Source of the DNA: an uncultured Methanoregulaceae archaeon | GTDB lineage: Archaea; Halobacteriota; Methanomicrobia; Methanomicrobiales; Methanospirillaceae | Direction: 5' to 3' | DNA length: 64,000 nt | Assembly: GCA_963701095.1 (NCBI GenBank) | Contig: OY969564.1 | Span: 2,432,001-2,496,000 of the forward strand | Shown here: positions 31,907-43,373 of the stretch, in pieces | Layout of the letters: the number at the start of each line of letters is the position of its first letter | How positions within the stretch are numbered: the first letter of the stretch is position 1 | Made by a program: the position numbers and the translations under genes | The notes under the pieces: generated by a model | What the model saw: the letters and a program-made list of their open reading frames with translations, nothing else | Database searches by the model: none | Told to the model about the DNA's origin: nothing

Positions 31907-32689
31907 CTACTCAAAAGGTATGCTGAACATGTCTGACCGGGAGAGCCGGATATAGGAAAATGCCATATCATCAATATAAGCAAATTCCGGCCTGTCCCCA
32001 TGACAGCCACCAATCCTGAAGAGGGTCGGTAAATCCAGAAGAACCCGAGCGGTTTCCACGGTACTTTCAAAGGCCGTGGGGACTTTCTTACGAACATACC
32101 GGATCAGATGTTCCTGTATTCCCCCCATGGTTGTTTTACGGCAGCACACATGGGTATGCTGGTGGCCGCATACAAGAAATTTAAGGCCACGCCGTTCGAG
32201 CGCCTCAAACGCCATCGGTGCCGTGTAATGGTAACCGGTAAAAGAATCGCCGGCTGAGTGGGAAAGCCGTTGCCAGCACTTAAGTCGGAGTGTCTGGTTA
32301 CCGAGATCGAGCGGCCCTCCGTGAACAAAAAGGATCCTGTTTTCCACCCATTCCATGGGCATGTCGGTAAAAAGGCTAAGAAGAGGTGACCCGCGGAGCT
32401 GTTCGTGCCTGATGGTGCTGGTTTCATCACTGCCCGATACCGGCACGCCATTGAGGAACGCATGATCATGGTTTCCCAGGACAGAAATCATCCGGAACTG
32501 GTGGGAAAGATCCTGGATAAGCTCAAGTGTAGACTCCGGGCAGTTGCCCCGGTGGAGGAGATCGCCGAGGTTGACCAGTGTATCGACCGGGCCAAAATGC
32601 AGGGAAAATGATGGGTCCCGGATAAATGCTGCAACATGCCCGAGGGCGTCTGCATCGGCATGCACATCAGAAAAGACAACCGTGCCCAT
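31907..32689 (-). CDS. calcineurin-like metallophosphoesterase
   Basis: SDVH, LGDLLHRG, GNHD, VHGG and GHQH motifs. Confidence 0.85.
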   Translation of the reverse strand: MGTVVFSDVHADADALGHVAAFIRDPSFSLHFGPVDTLVNLGDLLHRGNCPESTLELIQDLSHQFRMISVLGNHDHAFLNGVPVSGSDETSTIRHEQLRGSPLLSLFTDMPMEWVENRILFVHGGPLDLGNQTLRLKCWQRLSHSAGDSFTGYHYTAPMAFEALERRGLKFLVCGHQHTHVCCRKTTMGGIQEHLIRYVRKKVPTAFESTVETARVLLDLPTLFRIGGCHGDRPEFAYIDDMAFSYIRLSRSDMFSIPFE

Positions 32690-32878
32690 AGATCAGCGTT
32701 AAGGATATTGGTCGTTTATTCTCTTATAAACCCGTGATGTCTGCGGTTCGATCAATGGATAAAGAGATAAAAAAAGGGATATGTTCATGTCCGATTTCCG
32801 CCTAAGTACTAGATATCAGCTGTACGCGCACTGAACCATCTCTTTAAGCGTGTATCAAACTCAAGGAGACATCAACAT

Positions 32879-33352
32879 ATGGAAAAATTCCTTAAGGATT
32901 ATATTGATCGGATTCGGCCAAGCTTTAGCCGGATATCGGAAGAGACCGGACATGTTATCGCGTCTGCATTTTTTTCCTTCAAGTTTGAACTGTATCCAAA
33001 GACCCTCCGGGAATGCTCGACAGCTCTTTCGCTTGTTCCTGAAGGAAATGGCAGTTCAGCTTTGAAAACCGCTCTTTCGATTGTCCGGGAATATGCAGTA
33101 GCGTACGAAAACGCGCAGGTGAGGCCTGAATCTATTCCGTTTTTTGAAATATCCGATCAGCCGTACCTTGCGGTTAATCTTGCACCTGAGCTCATTGAGG
33201 ATCCACTGACTCTCGATCTCGATAACGCGCTCCTTCTTCTTTATGCCGTAGCAGCAATTACGTCACCGGACGATGAACAGGCCCTTGAAGAGCACCGGAA
33301 ATATCTGGTAAAAATACTTGATACCTACAAACGTGCGCTCGGAATGCTTTAG
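32879..33352 (+). CDS. hypothetical alpha-helical protein
   Basis: 157-aa ORF with an AAGGAG SD upstream. Confidence 0.75.
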   Translation: MEKFLKDYIDRIRPSFSRISEETGHVIASAFFSFKFELYPKTLRECSTALSLVPEGNGSSALKTALSIVREYAVAYENAQVRPESIPFFEISDQPYLAVNLAPELIEDPLTLDLDNALLLLYAVAAITSPDDEQALEEHRKYLVKILDTYKRALGML

Positions 33353-33478
33353 AATCGAAGATAGTGCCGGATTTTATATCCGGATATAATTTATCAATCA
33401 ATTGTATCTCTTTTGCCACATTAGTTCAAGACGTTCTCTGAGATCAGTGTATCGCCGCTGCGCAATTAAAAAAGTAAG

Positions 33479-34330
33479 TTAATATTTGTACCAGCGTCCC
33501 TTGCTGTCAAACTCTCCGGTGGATGGCTCTGCACCTGGCGTCGGGTTTTGGGTGATTGCCCTGTAGAAACAGGCTTTATAGGTCAGAAGAAGTGGCACCA
33601 GAACAAGGAGTGCAAGGAAAATAACTATGGCGGTTACCCACATTCCGTTGGTGCCGACAAGAGCGATAAGCTGCTGCGGTGTAACTGCGGCGATCTGCGT
33701 CTGGTTGTAGTGCGTGAGGGGTTCGAGTTTATCAAAAAGAAGTCCTTCCCAGATTATGGCAAACACAAAAAAATCAATAAACAAAATCAGGCAGCATATA
33801 ACATAGAATCCCAGTACTTCACCAGCGTGGCTGGCGACAACGCTGACACTGCGGCGCAGGGATTTAAAGACCTGAAGATCCTCAAACACTGCTGCCGTAT
33901 CGCAAAAGAAAGTTACAAACAGCGTAGGGATCATGACCAGAATTGCAAGCGAACCTGTGATCTCAAAATTGACAGAACCCCCGGATGAAATTGATGTAAC
34001 CATAGTGATTGTTACAAAAACGAGCAGGAGTACAAAGCAGATCACCAGCTCTGGAAGAAGTACACGGAAATAGTAACGGATGCCATCTTGTAGCATTACA
34101 CGTACATTGTTCTCTTTTTTCCTTATCAGGCTCAATGTACCAGCGACAAAAAAAATCATTGCAAGACAGGCAATGACGACGAGCTTGCTCGCAAAAAACA
34201 TTCCGGAGATATTTAAGAGGATCCAGAGCACCGCTCCTAATAATCCTGCAACCACGCCGGGTACCCACAGGATCGGAGCCTGTCGTATAGTACGGACCGC
34301 TTCACGCAACTCAATGAGGACCATGATCAT
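33479..34330 (-). CDS. multi-pass membrane protein of unknown function
   Basis: About 6 hydrophobic segments and a GEFDSKGRWYKY C-terminus; ATGA-coupled to the upstream gene. Confidence 0.78.
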   Translation of the reverse strand: MIMVLIELREAVRTIRQAPILWVPGVVAGLLGAVLWILLNISGMFFASKLVVIACLAMIFFVAGTLSLIRKKENNVRVMLQDGIRYYFRVLLPELVICFVLLLVFVTITMVTSISSGGSVNFEITGSLAILVMIPTLFVTFFCDTAAVFEDLQVFKSLRRSVSVVASHAGEVLGFYVICCLILFIDFFVFAIIWEGLLFDKLEPLTHYNQTQIAAVTPQQLIALVGTNGMWVTAIVIFLALLVLVPLLLTYKACFYRAITQNPTPGAEPSTGEFDSKGRWYKY

Positions 34331-34917
34331 CGGACCCGGGGCATCGCCACGATTTCCCGTACCTGGAGATCGAAGAAACTGGCAGTATATGACGGACGAA
34401 TAACACAGACCGTATCGGCACCACTTGCCGTTCCACCGACGGCGACAACTTCCTTTTCAATCCCGATCGCACCCTGGTCGGCGGCAATAAGAACACACTC
34501 GACCGCAACCTTGAGACCGACAGCGATTACCCGGCGGAATGCTTCGGCTATCGCTTCAGTCCGGGACGCGCCCCCCACCTTGGGAGACCGTGAAAGTGCA
34601 CGTTCGAGACCGGACAGGACATGTGTTCCGGTCACAATCTTTACTCCCTGGCCGCGAAGTTTTTGTGCAACAGGTTCGGAAAACTCCCATTCGCCCGGTT
34701 GCACAAACCCCATTACATGAGTCACAACCACAAGGGAGATACCAGTACCCTTCATTGCATCGAAAAAGACCTGCGCGGTTTCTCCGGAGCTGCTGGCGAT
34801 AACAATGGTCGTAAGACCGAGTTCTTTTGCCCTTTCGACAGCAAAATGTGCCGCATCCCCGGTATTACCCGGGCCAGGTTTCTCGAAATAGTAGCAGGTT
34901 TTTGCAGTAAACGCCAT
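34327..34917 (-). CDS. pyruvate kinase C-terminal-like domain protein (MTH1675-like)
   Basis: YFEKPG..NT, VIASSSGETA, VVTH, H.LSGLER, GLKVAVE and ADT motifs. Confidence 0.82.
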   Translation of the reverse strand: MAFTAKTCYYFEKPGPGNTGDAAHFAVERAKELGLTTIVIASSSGETAQVFFDAMKGTGISLVVVTHVMGFVQPGEWEFSEPVAQKLRGQGVKIVTGTHVLSGLERALSRSPKVGGASRTEAIAEAFRRVIAVGLKVAVECVLIAADQGAIGIEKEVVAVGGTASGADTVCVIRPSYTASFFDLQVREIVAMPRVR

Positions 34918-35041
34918 AAGTACCTTTTAATAAGCAGCCATGAAAAACTTTGTCAGATTTTAAAATGGACATTTCCCTGTTTAATTTCGCGGACCACTGG
35001 TCTTGCGGATATTTACATATTCCGATCTTTGAGGACATACT

Positions 35042-36208
35042 ATGATCACCCTCGCACTTGCAGGTAAACCAAACTGCGGAAAATCCACCTTTTTCAAGGC
35101 GGCGACGATGGCGAATGTTGAGATCGCCAACTACCCATTCACGACTATCAATCCCAATTTTGGCGTCGCATACGTACGCACGACCTGCCCCTGCCATGGT
35201 CTTGACCTTAAATGTGGTCATTGCATTGACGGTGTCAGGTTTGTAGCCGTCAATCTTATCGATGTTGCGGGACTTGTGCCTGACGCGCACAAAGGAAAAG
35301 GCCTCGGAAACCAGTTTCTCGATCACCTTCGCCAGGCTGATGCAATCCTCCACATTATCGATGCAAGCGGCGGCACAGACAGTGAAGGAAACCCGGTTGG
35401 GGTTGGGAACCATGACCCGGCAGAAGACGTGAAGTTTCTCGAATATGAAATGACCATGTGGGTGTACGGAATCCTCGACAAACACTGGTCCCGCCTTTCC
35501 CGGCAGGCATCTGTCAAAACGTTTTCCATTCACCAGGGAATTGCCGAGGTTTTTACCGGTCTTGGGATCACACCCGAGGATATCCGTGATGCCGAGCTCC
35601 TCCTCAAGATTGACCTTGTCCATGCCCAGATGGAAAGCCTCGTACCTTTCTGCGCGGAAATGGTCAGAACCTCAAAGCCCATGCTTGTGATCGGGAACAA
35701 GGTTGACGAAACGCCCAACTCTTTGAAGGAGAAACTTGCCGCACAGAAGGTTTCATTTGTCAGTGCCGCGTCAGAACTTGCCCTTCGCAATGCCTCAACA
35801 GCAAAAGTGGTCACCTATCTGCCGGGTGACCAGGAATTCAAAATTACCGAAGGTATCACGCTTTCACCCCCGCAGAAAGCGGGTCTGGTAAAGATTGCCG
35901 AACTTATGAAAATGAACCACGGGACTGGTGTTCAGGATGCAATCAACAGGGCGGTTTTTGAACTGCTCGACCGGATCGTCATTTACCCGGTAGAAGATGA
36001 ACACAAGTTCTGTAATAAGCAGGGAGATGTTCTGCCGGATGCATTCCTGATGAAGAAAGGTTCGACGCCGCATGATCTCGCCTTCCAGGTACATACGGAT
36101 ATCGGAAAAGGGTTTTTGTACGCGATCGATGCCCGTTCCAAGATGCGGATTAAGGAAAATCACGTCTTAAAAGACGGAGATATCATAAAAATCGTGTCCG
36201 TCCATTAG
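35042..36208 (+). CDS. ychF: YchF/OLA1-family P-loop NTPase with TGS domain
   Basis: GKPNCGKST, NYPFTTI, DVAGLV..AH.GKGLGNQFLD, NKVD and HTDIG. Confidence 0.93.
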   Translation: MITLALAGKPNCGKSTFFKAATMANVEIANYPFTTINPNFGVAYVRTTCPCHGLDLKCGHCIDGVRFVAVNLIDVAGLVPDAHKGKGLGNQFLDHLRQADAILHIIDASGGTDSEGNPVGVGNHDPAEDVKFLEYEMTMWVYGILDKHWSRLSRQASVKTFSIHQGIAEVFTGLGITPEDIRDAELLLKIDLVHAQMESLVPFCAEMVRTSKPMLVIGNKVDETPNSLKEKLAAQKVSFVSAASELALRNASTAKVVTYLPGDQEFKITEGITLSPPQKAGLVKIAELMKMNHGTGVQDAINRAVFELLDRIVIYPVEDEHKFCNKQGDVLPDAFLMKKGSTPHDLAFQVHTDIGKGFLYAIDARSKMRIKENHVLKDGDIIKIVSVH

Positions 36209-36210
36209 CA

Positions 36211-37485
36211 GTGACTACTCCCGCGAATAAATTCGCAGGCATCTATGCCCGTACTAATGATACAGTACTCGCAACGGATTGTAGTCCCAATCCGAGAATG
36301 TTCAGAGCAGCATTAACGTCACGATCAATTACCAGACCGAAATAAGGACATTGATGCACCCGAACATTCAGTTCTTTTTTGACGATTTGACCGCAACCAG
36401 AACACATCTGTGACGTATTGAATGGGTCAACCAGTACCACATGAGAACCAGCCTCTTCCGCTTTGCCCTGTGTGAATTGTACCAGTTGATTCCATGCAAC
36501 GTCATGGATCCTTTTTGCAAGACAATGGTTTTTGACCATTCCTTTCGTGTTGAGGTCTTCAAATACAATTAATCCGAACCGGGCAACCAGATCCCGGCTT
36601 ATTTTATGGGCGAAGTCGGTTCTCCGGTTGGCGATCCTTTCATGTATCTTTGATACAATCATCAAAGATCGCTTGCGTTCCGGTGTTCCCCTTTCGAGTT
36701 TTGATAATCTGTGTTGCGCTCTTGCCAATATAGGTTCATCTCCACAGAAGAACTTCGGCGACTTCACTATTTCACCATTTGAGAAAGCAACAAAATTGGT
36801 TAATCCAAGATCGATACCGATAGCAGGTTTTTCATTGGTTTGAACGGGAATATCTCCGATGTCAACGGTGATTGACGCATACCATTTTCCGGTACATGAC
36901 CGGCGAATCGTACAGGTCTTAATTTCACCTTCAAACGTTCTGTGAGTGATAATGGGTACAGCACCCACTTTTGAGAGTACTAGCCATTGACCATCCAATT
37001 CAAACCCGGATTGCGTATAAGTGATACTGTCATACCTGCCGAACTGTTTGAATCATGGATGACCCGGTTTCTCACCGGATTTGACCCCTCTGAAAAACGC
37101 TTTGTATGCTTTATCAACTCTGGTCACCACGTCCTGCAATATCTGCGAATGAACATTCTTCAATGAGGGGTATTCCTGTTTCCATACCGGTAACATTTTC
37201 TTGGTTTCATAATACCCTACATGTTTCTGTTCCTTTTCCCATGCGTTTTTGCGTAATGCCAATACACGGTTATAGACCATACGGCACTGTTCGAGGGTTT
37301 GGTTGAATACAGTGACTTGTGACTTCCTCGGATATAATCGGTACCGGTGCGCTTTCAACACGTTATCGTTCCTCATATCTCTTATCGATCATTATAATGT
37401 TTGACGTATGTACTGTGAAAGTAATCTCTCCATCAAGACGGCTGTATCTCACCATTGAAATGGGGGGATTAGACTGCACGATCCT
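36211..37485 (-). mobile_element. IS200/IS605-family, IS1341-type (tnpB-only) element, decayed
   Basis: On the minus strand the right end is hairpin CCTGCGAAT-TT-ATTCGCGGG followed by AGTAGTCAC (TCAC at 36214-36211). An imperfect left-end hairpin lies at about 37446-37469. There is no tnpA, and the left boundary is approximate. Confidence 0.75.
36243..37376 (-). pseudogene. tnpB: TnpB RNA-guided endonuclease with in-frame nonsense codon
   Basis: HTH (YRLYP, CRMVYN) and RuvC motifs GIDLG/FEDL/DRDVNAA. The two track ORFs are in the same frame, separated by TGA at 37053-55 in place of the R of PRFK. The last Zn-finger pair reads CPYF. Confidence 0.88.
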
Positions 37486-37749
37486 AAAATCATTTTTCTG
37501 TTTTTCTTTCAATTCCAGCATTTCAAATATCGGATTTCCTCATTCCTGTAGATTGCGGCGAAGAAAGCGAAGGATTGTGGTATAGTGCGACATGTGTCTC
37601 CCGTATGTCTGACAACCGTGCCGCTCCTGCCCGAAATTTAGCCTCTTTTTGGCGATTTTAGCCCAAATCTGCCTCCTTTTACCACAAACCTTATAACATG
37701 ACGCTGTGAATAGGGGAAATACCGAGAGAACGGAAAGGAGGTGAATTCC

Positions 37750-38070
37750 ATGGGTGGAGAGATATACCAGGCACAAGTAATCAGGAACTTCTTCGATACC
37801 ATTACCGGAACGGACAGGAACCTGACCCGTATCTATATGTGTGTTATGAGTCTTGCCAAGCTCCGCATGGAGTCCCCGGAAAAGATGGCATCTTTGCTCG
37901 ATCAGCTAAAGAAGAGCAAGGTCAAAAAGGAGCTTTCCATTGACATCCTTGATTATGTCTGTGATGCGGCGAACGATCTGGAGCTTGCAAGTGTTCAGAC
38001 TGCGTTTGGTGTCAAAGATATCAAGGATGTGGCACAGGACTTCAACGCTGTGAGCCTTGATAGCCTGTAA
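37750..38070 (+). CDS. small hypothetical protein
   Basis: Perfect AAGGAGGTGA SD before ATG 37750; T-rich terminator right after the stop. Confidence 0.8.
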   Translation: MGGEIYQAQVIRNFFDTITGTDRNLTRIYMCVMSLAKLRMESPEKMASLLDQLKKSKVKKELSIDILDYVCDAANDLELASVQTAFGVKDIKDVAQDFNAVSLDSL

Positions 38071-38086
38071 CTTTTTAATTTTTTTA
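38071..38086 (+). terminator. oligo-T archaeal terminator
   Basis: CTTTTTAATTTTTTTA immediately after the stop codon. Confidence 0.55.
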
Positions 38087-38159
38087 TTGGCCGTTCATCA
38101 CAATTCGTATATGAAATGTGACTGAGCAATTTTTCCCTTTCTAGAAAAATCCTGACTCT

Positions 38160-39377
38160 TCACCATGAAATACCATGGGTAATAAAAATCCAGTAGAGAA
38201 CGATAGCGAAAAGCCCGCCTCCCAGAGTCGCAAGGAAATTTGTCCCTGCATTGCCTAAAAAGCCTTTATTCTCGAGGAGCGCTCCAACTATGCTGTCAAG
38301 GTTAGTGCCGACAAACCCTGTGATCGTGCAGAGGATCATCATCATCGGGTTAATGATGTTGAATCCAAGTGCGACCATTGAGACGACAAAACTTCCACCA
38401 AGGGCGACCAGTTCACCGGTTACGGTCACTCCACCATTTGTTCCTATGGGAACCTTTCGTAATGTGGTTATCATGTAGGGGATCCCTCCGGTTACCCCGA
38501 TTTCGCTTGCCATGGTATCTGCTGCCGCAGTTGCTACGCTTCCTACATACATTACAATGAAGACCGGCTGGACAAAAACGCCGTACAGAACTGCTGCTGC
38601 ACATGCAACAATCCCGTTTGCAAAGACGTTCCGGTACCCTCTGGCCCCGCTCTTGCCCTGCTCGACACCGATTCGTTTCTTATATTCAAACTTGTACCTT
38701 GTGGAAACCGAACCGAGGATAAAAAACGTGAGCATTACGAGAAACCATGTAGGTCCGGCAAAAACAAGAAGAATAATACCAACAAGGGCTGTTGAGAAGA
38801 GTCCTGAAAGATCGGCAGTCTTGAACCGGAATGCAAAGTACCCAAAAACAAAGGCAATAAAGACGGCTATAATTACAATTTCGATATTGGTCGTGTAGTT
38901 AAGTGCCTGTATGAGATACATCGTCATCGCAATACCAATACCTTCAAGGACAAGTGAGTCCTCGAATCTCAGAAGAATCACTTTCAGGAGCACTGCGGCG
39001 ATGATCCCAAAGACGATCATAAGGAACGCGTTCTCATGGAGATAGACCATGACAAGCATCCCTGCCCATGCAGTGGAAACAACATAGTAAAAGTAGGTGT
39101 TTAGGTCGTCTGCCCCGGACTGGAAGACCAGTTCACCGAGTGAAATCATAGCAAACGTTGTTGCAAGGACCAAAAACGGGAGGAGGTTTACTGCATAAAG
39201 TCCTGACAGGATGCAAAAGACATATGCGAAATATTTCATATCAAAAAAGCGCCAGAGGATCAAAGAACATATGATTATAATGAGTGCCATCAGCCATGGA
39301 GGCTGCACGTACGGGCCGGCCAGGATGGCACCACCGGTGAGCGCTGCTGCATATCCCAGTCCCCGCTGCTTCGCCAT
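38160..39377 (-). CDS. DUF92 (TIGR00297-type) membrane protein
   Basis: [24 protein letters not shown]...P.GTNGGVT and DS..GA.LE motifs. Confidence 0.85.
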   Translation of the reverse strand: MAKQRGLGYAAALTGGAILAGPYVQPPWLMALIIIICSLILWRFFDMKYFAYVFCILSGLYAVNLLPFLVLATTFAMISLGELVFQSGADDLNTYFYYVVSTAWAGMLVMVYLHENAFLMIVFGIIAAVLLKVILLRFEDSLVLEGIGIAMTMYLIQALNYTTNIEIVIIAVFIAFVFGYFAFRFKTADLSGLFSTALVGIILLVFAGPTWFLVMLTFFILGSVSTRYKFEYKKRIGVEQGKSGARGYRNVFANGIVACAAAVLYGVFVQPVFIVMYVGSVATAAADTMASEIGVTGGIPYMITTLRKVPIGTNGGVTVTGELVALGGSFVVSMVALGFNIINPMMMILCTITGFVGTNLDSIVGALLENKGFLGNAGTNFLATLGGGLFAIVLYWIFITHGISW

Positions 39378-39490
39378 TTTCCAGATATTTGTTTTCAGAT
39401 GAGAAGAGTCTTATCGTTTTTTATTTCCCGGCTGTTCAAAGGGATGTCGATACGATTACTATATTTTATAAAACGACCTATCCGGTACGG

Positions 39491-42078
39491 ATGGTTTCCT
39501 CTGACGATCTGCCAAAAAATTATGATTTTGCTGTAGTGGAGGAGCGCTGGCGGGAAAGCTGGTGCGATGAGGATCACTATTTTGACCGCACTTCACATAA
39601 GCCGCAGTTTGTGATCGATACACCCCCCCCGTATCCGACAGGTAATTTCCATATCGGTAACGCATTGAACTGGTGTTATATCGATTTTTTTGCCCGCTAT
39701 AAGCGGATGAAAGGCTATAACGTAATGTTTCCCCAGGGATGGGATTGCCATGGCCTTCCGACAGAAGTAAAAGTGGAGGAGCTTAACCACATCACAAAAA
39801 ACGATGTTTCCCGTGAAGAGTTCCGGCGGATGTGCCGGGATCTCACGTTAAAAAACATCGAACAGATGCGTCTCACGCTCCGTCGCATGGCATTTTCCAC
39901 GGACTGGAGCAACGAGTACATCACGATGATGCCGGAGTATTTTTCAAAAACCCAGCTCTCTTTTTTGAGGATGCTGAAATCCGGTTATATATACCAGGAT
40001 GAACATCCGGTCAACTACTGCACCCGTTGTGAAACAGCGATTGCATTTGCTGAAGTCACCTATGAGGATCGAGAGACTCAGCTGAACTATTTCAATTTTG
40101 ACGGCGTTGAAATTGCAACAACCCGGCCCAGCTCATTGCAGCATGTGTTGCGGTCGCTGTCAATCCGAAAGATGACCGGTATCACAACCTTAAGGGTAAG
40201 AGCCTTGCTGTTCCTCTCTTTAGTCACGCTGTCCCGGTTGTCCAGGATGATGCAGTTGATCCGGAATTCGGGTCCGGGGCAGTCATGATTTGTACTTTTG
40301 GTGACAAACAGGATGTCCACTGGTGGAAACAACACAATCTTCCGCTCCGTAAAGCTATCGATCGATCGGGAAAGATGACGGAGATCTGCGGCACATATAC
40401 CGGGCTTTCCACGTCTGAATGCCGTAAAACGATCCTTGCTGATATGAATTCTGCCGGGATTCTTAGAAAACAGGAAAGCCTTTCGCAGCGTGTCGGGACC
40501 TGCTGGCGCTGCAAAACGCCTATCGAGATCCTCTCAAACCGGCAATGGTTCATCAGGATCCGGCAAAAGGAGATCCGAGATGCAGCCCACCAGATTACTT
40601 GGTACCCCCAGCATATGTTGTTACGGATGGAGAACTGGATTGACCAGATGGAATGGGACTGGTGTATCTCCCGGCAGCGGATATTTGCCACGCCGATACC
40701 TGTATGGTCCTGTGCAAAATGTGGAGAGCTGGTGGTACCGGATGAAAAAGACCTTCCCTGCGACCCTACCCTTACACAGCCAAAGCACCCATGCCCCAAG
40801 TGTGGGGGGACCGCGTTCGAAGGTGAGGTGGACGTGCTCGATACGTGGATGGATTCATCCATATCCGTCCTCAATGTTACCGGGTGGGATGGCGCTGGTC
40901 TGCCAAAAATCTTCCCGGCACAGATTCGGCCGCAGGGCCATGATATTATCCGCACCTGGGCATTTTATTCGATCCTTCGCTCGGTCGCGCTCACCGGGAG
41001 CAGACCGTGGGATCAAATCCTTGTCAACGGGATGGTGCTTGGCGAGGATGGTTTTAAGATGAGTAAGAGCCGTGGTAACGTGATTGTTCCCGAAGACCTC
41101 ATCGGTCGGTATGGTGCTGATGCACTCCGGCAATGGGCTGCAACCGGTGCAGCGATGGGATCCGACATTATGTTTTCCTGGAACGATGTGATTGCTGCTT
41201 CACGGTTCCAGACAAAGATGTGGAATATTGCACGGTTTGCACTTATCCAGTTCGAAAAGGAAGGAATCGATAAAGAGGTCCCGGTTACTGCACTCGCAGA
41301 CCGGTGGCTGCTTGCGCGGCTTTCCGCTACCGTTGTGTCGGTAAGCGCTGCGATGGAGAACTATGAATTCGATGAAGCGTTAAAAGCGATCCGGGAATTC
41401 GCCTGGGACGTGCTTGCTGATAATTATATAGAACTGGTAAAAGGCCGGCTCTACGGCAGCGGTGCTTCAAGAAAGAGCGCATGTTACGCTCTCTACACGG
41501 CGTATGACGCGCTCTGCCGGATGCTTGCACCGTTTATCCCGTACTTTGCCGAGGAATGCTATTCGTATCTCGACAAGGGAAGCGTACACAAGCAGCCCTG
41601 GGTCACCTTTAGTTTCGACGATCCTGCGGCACTGGCTGAAGGAAACTTACTCGTTAACGTGGTTGCTGAAGTACGCAAGTACAAGCACGACAACGGTCTC
41701 GCTTTAAACGCCCCGTTGGGAAAAGTCACAGTGTACGCCACTCATTCCGCTAGTGATGAGGGCGATACAGCCCGGACGTTGAATGCCGATGTTCACTGGA
41801 AGAGCAACAAAGCCCATCTTGATAAGGTTGTAGCCGGTATCGATTTCAACCGCTCCATAGTCGGTCCGACCTTCAGGAAAGATGCGGGTGTATTTATGGA
41901 AGCAGTCAAGGCTCTTTCTCCTGAAGAACTTGCAAATCCGCCGCAGAAGATAAATGTTAACGGGAAAACCCTGGATGTCCCGGAAAACGCGTTTACCCTA
42001 AGGTACTCTTACATGGAAGAGGGTGCAAAAGTCGACATGATCACAGTCGGCGATGTGATTGTGACGATTGCAAAGTAA
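39491..42078 (+). CDS. valS: valyl-tRNA synthetase, split by a -1 indel
   Basis: [14 protein letters not shown] (HIGH), [16 protein letters not shown] and KMSKS. Adding G at about 40130 restores ATTRPELI...[16 protein letters not shown]. Confidence 0.95.
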
Positions 42079-42658
42079 ACCTGATCGCTTCTGCAACAAA
42101 GCAAGCAATCTCTTCTTTTTCAAGAAGTGCATCAACGACGACAAATCGGGAAGGCTCCATGCGGGCAAATGCGAGGTACCGGTCCTGGACTTTTTCGAGG
42201 ACCTCGCGTCGTTCAAAATGTTCCCTGTCACTTTTACCGGCCAGGCGCATGAGGGCATCGTCTACCGGTATTGCAAGGAGGAATGTCTTGTCAGGCACAA
42301 TCGACCATCCGTTATGCATCGCCCGTAGCCATCCCTCAGGATCGGGTATGACACCGTTGAGAGTGACTGACTGGTAGGCAAAACGGCTGTCAGAGTACCG
42401 GTCAGAAATTACCAGTTTTTTGTTGTTTAGCGCCGGACGGATTACGGTTGCAAGATGAGCGGCATGATCGGCGACAAAAAGGGTTGCTTCAGTAACTGGA
42501 TCGATCTGTTCAGCGACTGCCCGCCGGACAGCATCGCCCACCCAGGTAGATCCTGGTTCCCGGGTGAAGACCGGTGTAAGATCAGCAAGTTTTTCCTTGA
42601 GGGCTTCATGCAGCGTACTTTTGCCGGTGCCATCGATCCCTTCCAATGTCACTAGCAT
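42041..42658 (-). CDS. tmk: thymidylate kinase
   Basis: LEGIDGTGKST, TREP and SDRY.DSR.AYQ. Confidence 0.93.
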   Translation of the reverse strand: MLVTLEGIDGTGKSTLHEALKEKLADLTPVFTREPGSTWVGDAVRRAVAEQIDPVTEATLFVADHAAHLATVIRPALNNKKLVISDRYSDSRFAYQSVTLNGVIPDPEGWLRAMHNGWSIVPDKTFLLAIPVDDALMRLAGKSDREHFERREVLEKVQDRYLAFARMEPSRFVVVDALLEKEEIACFVAEAIRFTLQSSQSHRRL

Positions 42659-43329
42659 AAATATCCCCTCTGGATCATATCGACCGGCACAGCCCCGGTA
42701 TGAAGGGCTGTTGCAATAATGGCACCATCAAAGCCGGCATTTTTTAAAATATCAAGATCGGCAACTGATGCCACTCCTCCACCATAAAGCAGGCGCCCCT
42801 CATAGACAGAACGCCACATCCCGAGGTGATTTGAACCCTTGTTGACACCTTCCTGCGTTCCCACAAACCCCAGGTTGAGAATTATACAACCCTCAAAATC
42901 CAAATCACGTGCAGACCGGAGCACAGCCACGGGAGATTCTCCGTTGGGGATTACCTTTCCGTTGATAACATCCACACTCAGGTACCCCCCATGGTAATGG
43001 GAAAGATCCGCAAGGCTAGTCTCAGTGCCGACAACATTTTTAATATTTGGGCCGGTAAGGAGGTCAGAGGGAGTCTTGATTCCTCGATCAACATAACAGC
43101 ATTCAACCAGTCCGGCACAGGCTCGAATCGAATTGTCATGGGAACCGGTTCCTTCGAGACGGTCGAGATCGGCAATATAGAGATATTTTGGTTTGACCGC
43201 CTGCACGAAACCGACCGGTTCTACTGTCGGCGAAAGTCCCCAATCGAGCGGTTTATAGGTCGCACGCATTCCGGATTTTCCATGCACGACCGTATTGAGC
43301 CGCAAATCCAATGCAAGCACCAGTTCCAT
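42652..43329 (-). CDS. HisA/HisF-related TIM-barrel protein (TIGR00734-like)
   Basis: LALDL...VVHG..G.R..Y, YIADLD, VVGTE, YGGGV and ATALH. Confidence 0.8.
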   Translation of the reverse strand: MELVLALDLRLNTVVHGKSGMRATYKPLDWGLSPTVEPVGFVQAVKPKYLYIADLDRLEGTGSHDNSIRACAGLVECCYVDRGIKTPSDLLTGPNIKNVVGTETSLADLSHYHGGYLSVDVINGKVIPNGESPVAVLRSARDLDFEGCIILNLGFVGTQEGVNKGSNHLGMWRSVYEGRLLYGGGVASVADLDILKNAGFDGAIIATALHTGAVPVDMIQRGYLC

Positions 43330-43373
43330 CGGCTACCCAAAACCACTATTAGGATAAAAGATCATTAAAGTCT

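Noticed and set aside
33374..33389. Perfect 16-bp palindrome TTATATCCGGATATAA
   Set aside because: It is a single occurrence between convergent genes, with no promoter context or second copy seen.
37053..37055. In-frame TGA in tnpB as selenocysteine or readthrough
   Set aside because: It replaces a conserved Arg rather than a Cys, and other decay is present (Zn-finger C to F).
25299..42078. top6B, nadM and valS as pseudogenes or programmed frameshifts
   Set aside because: These are housekeeping genes with all motifs intact, single-base fixes and no slippery heptamers; sequencing error is the simplest explanation.
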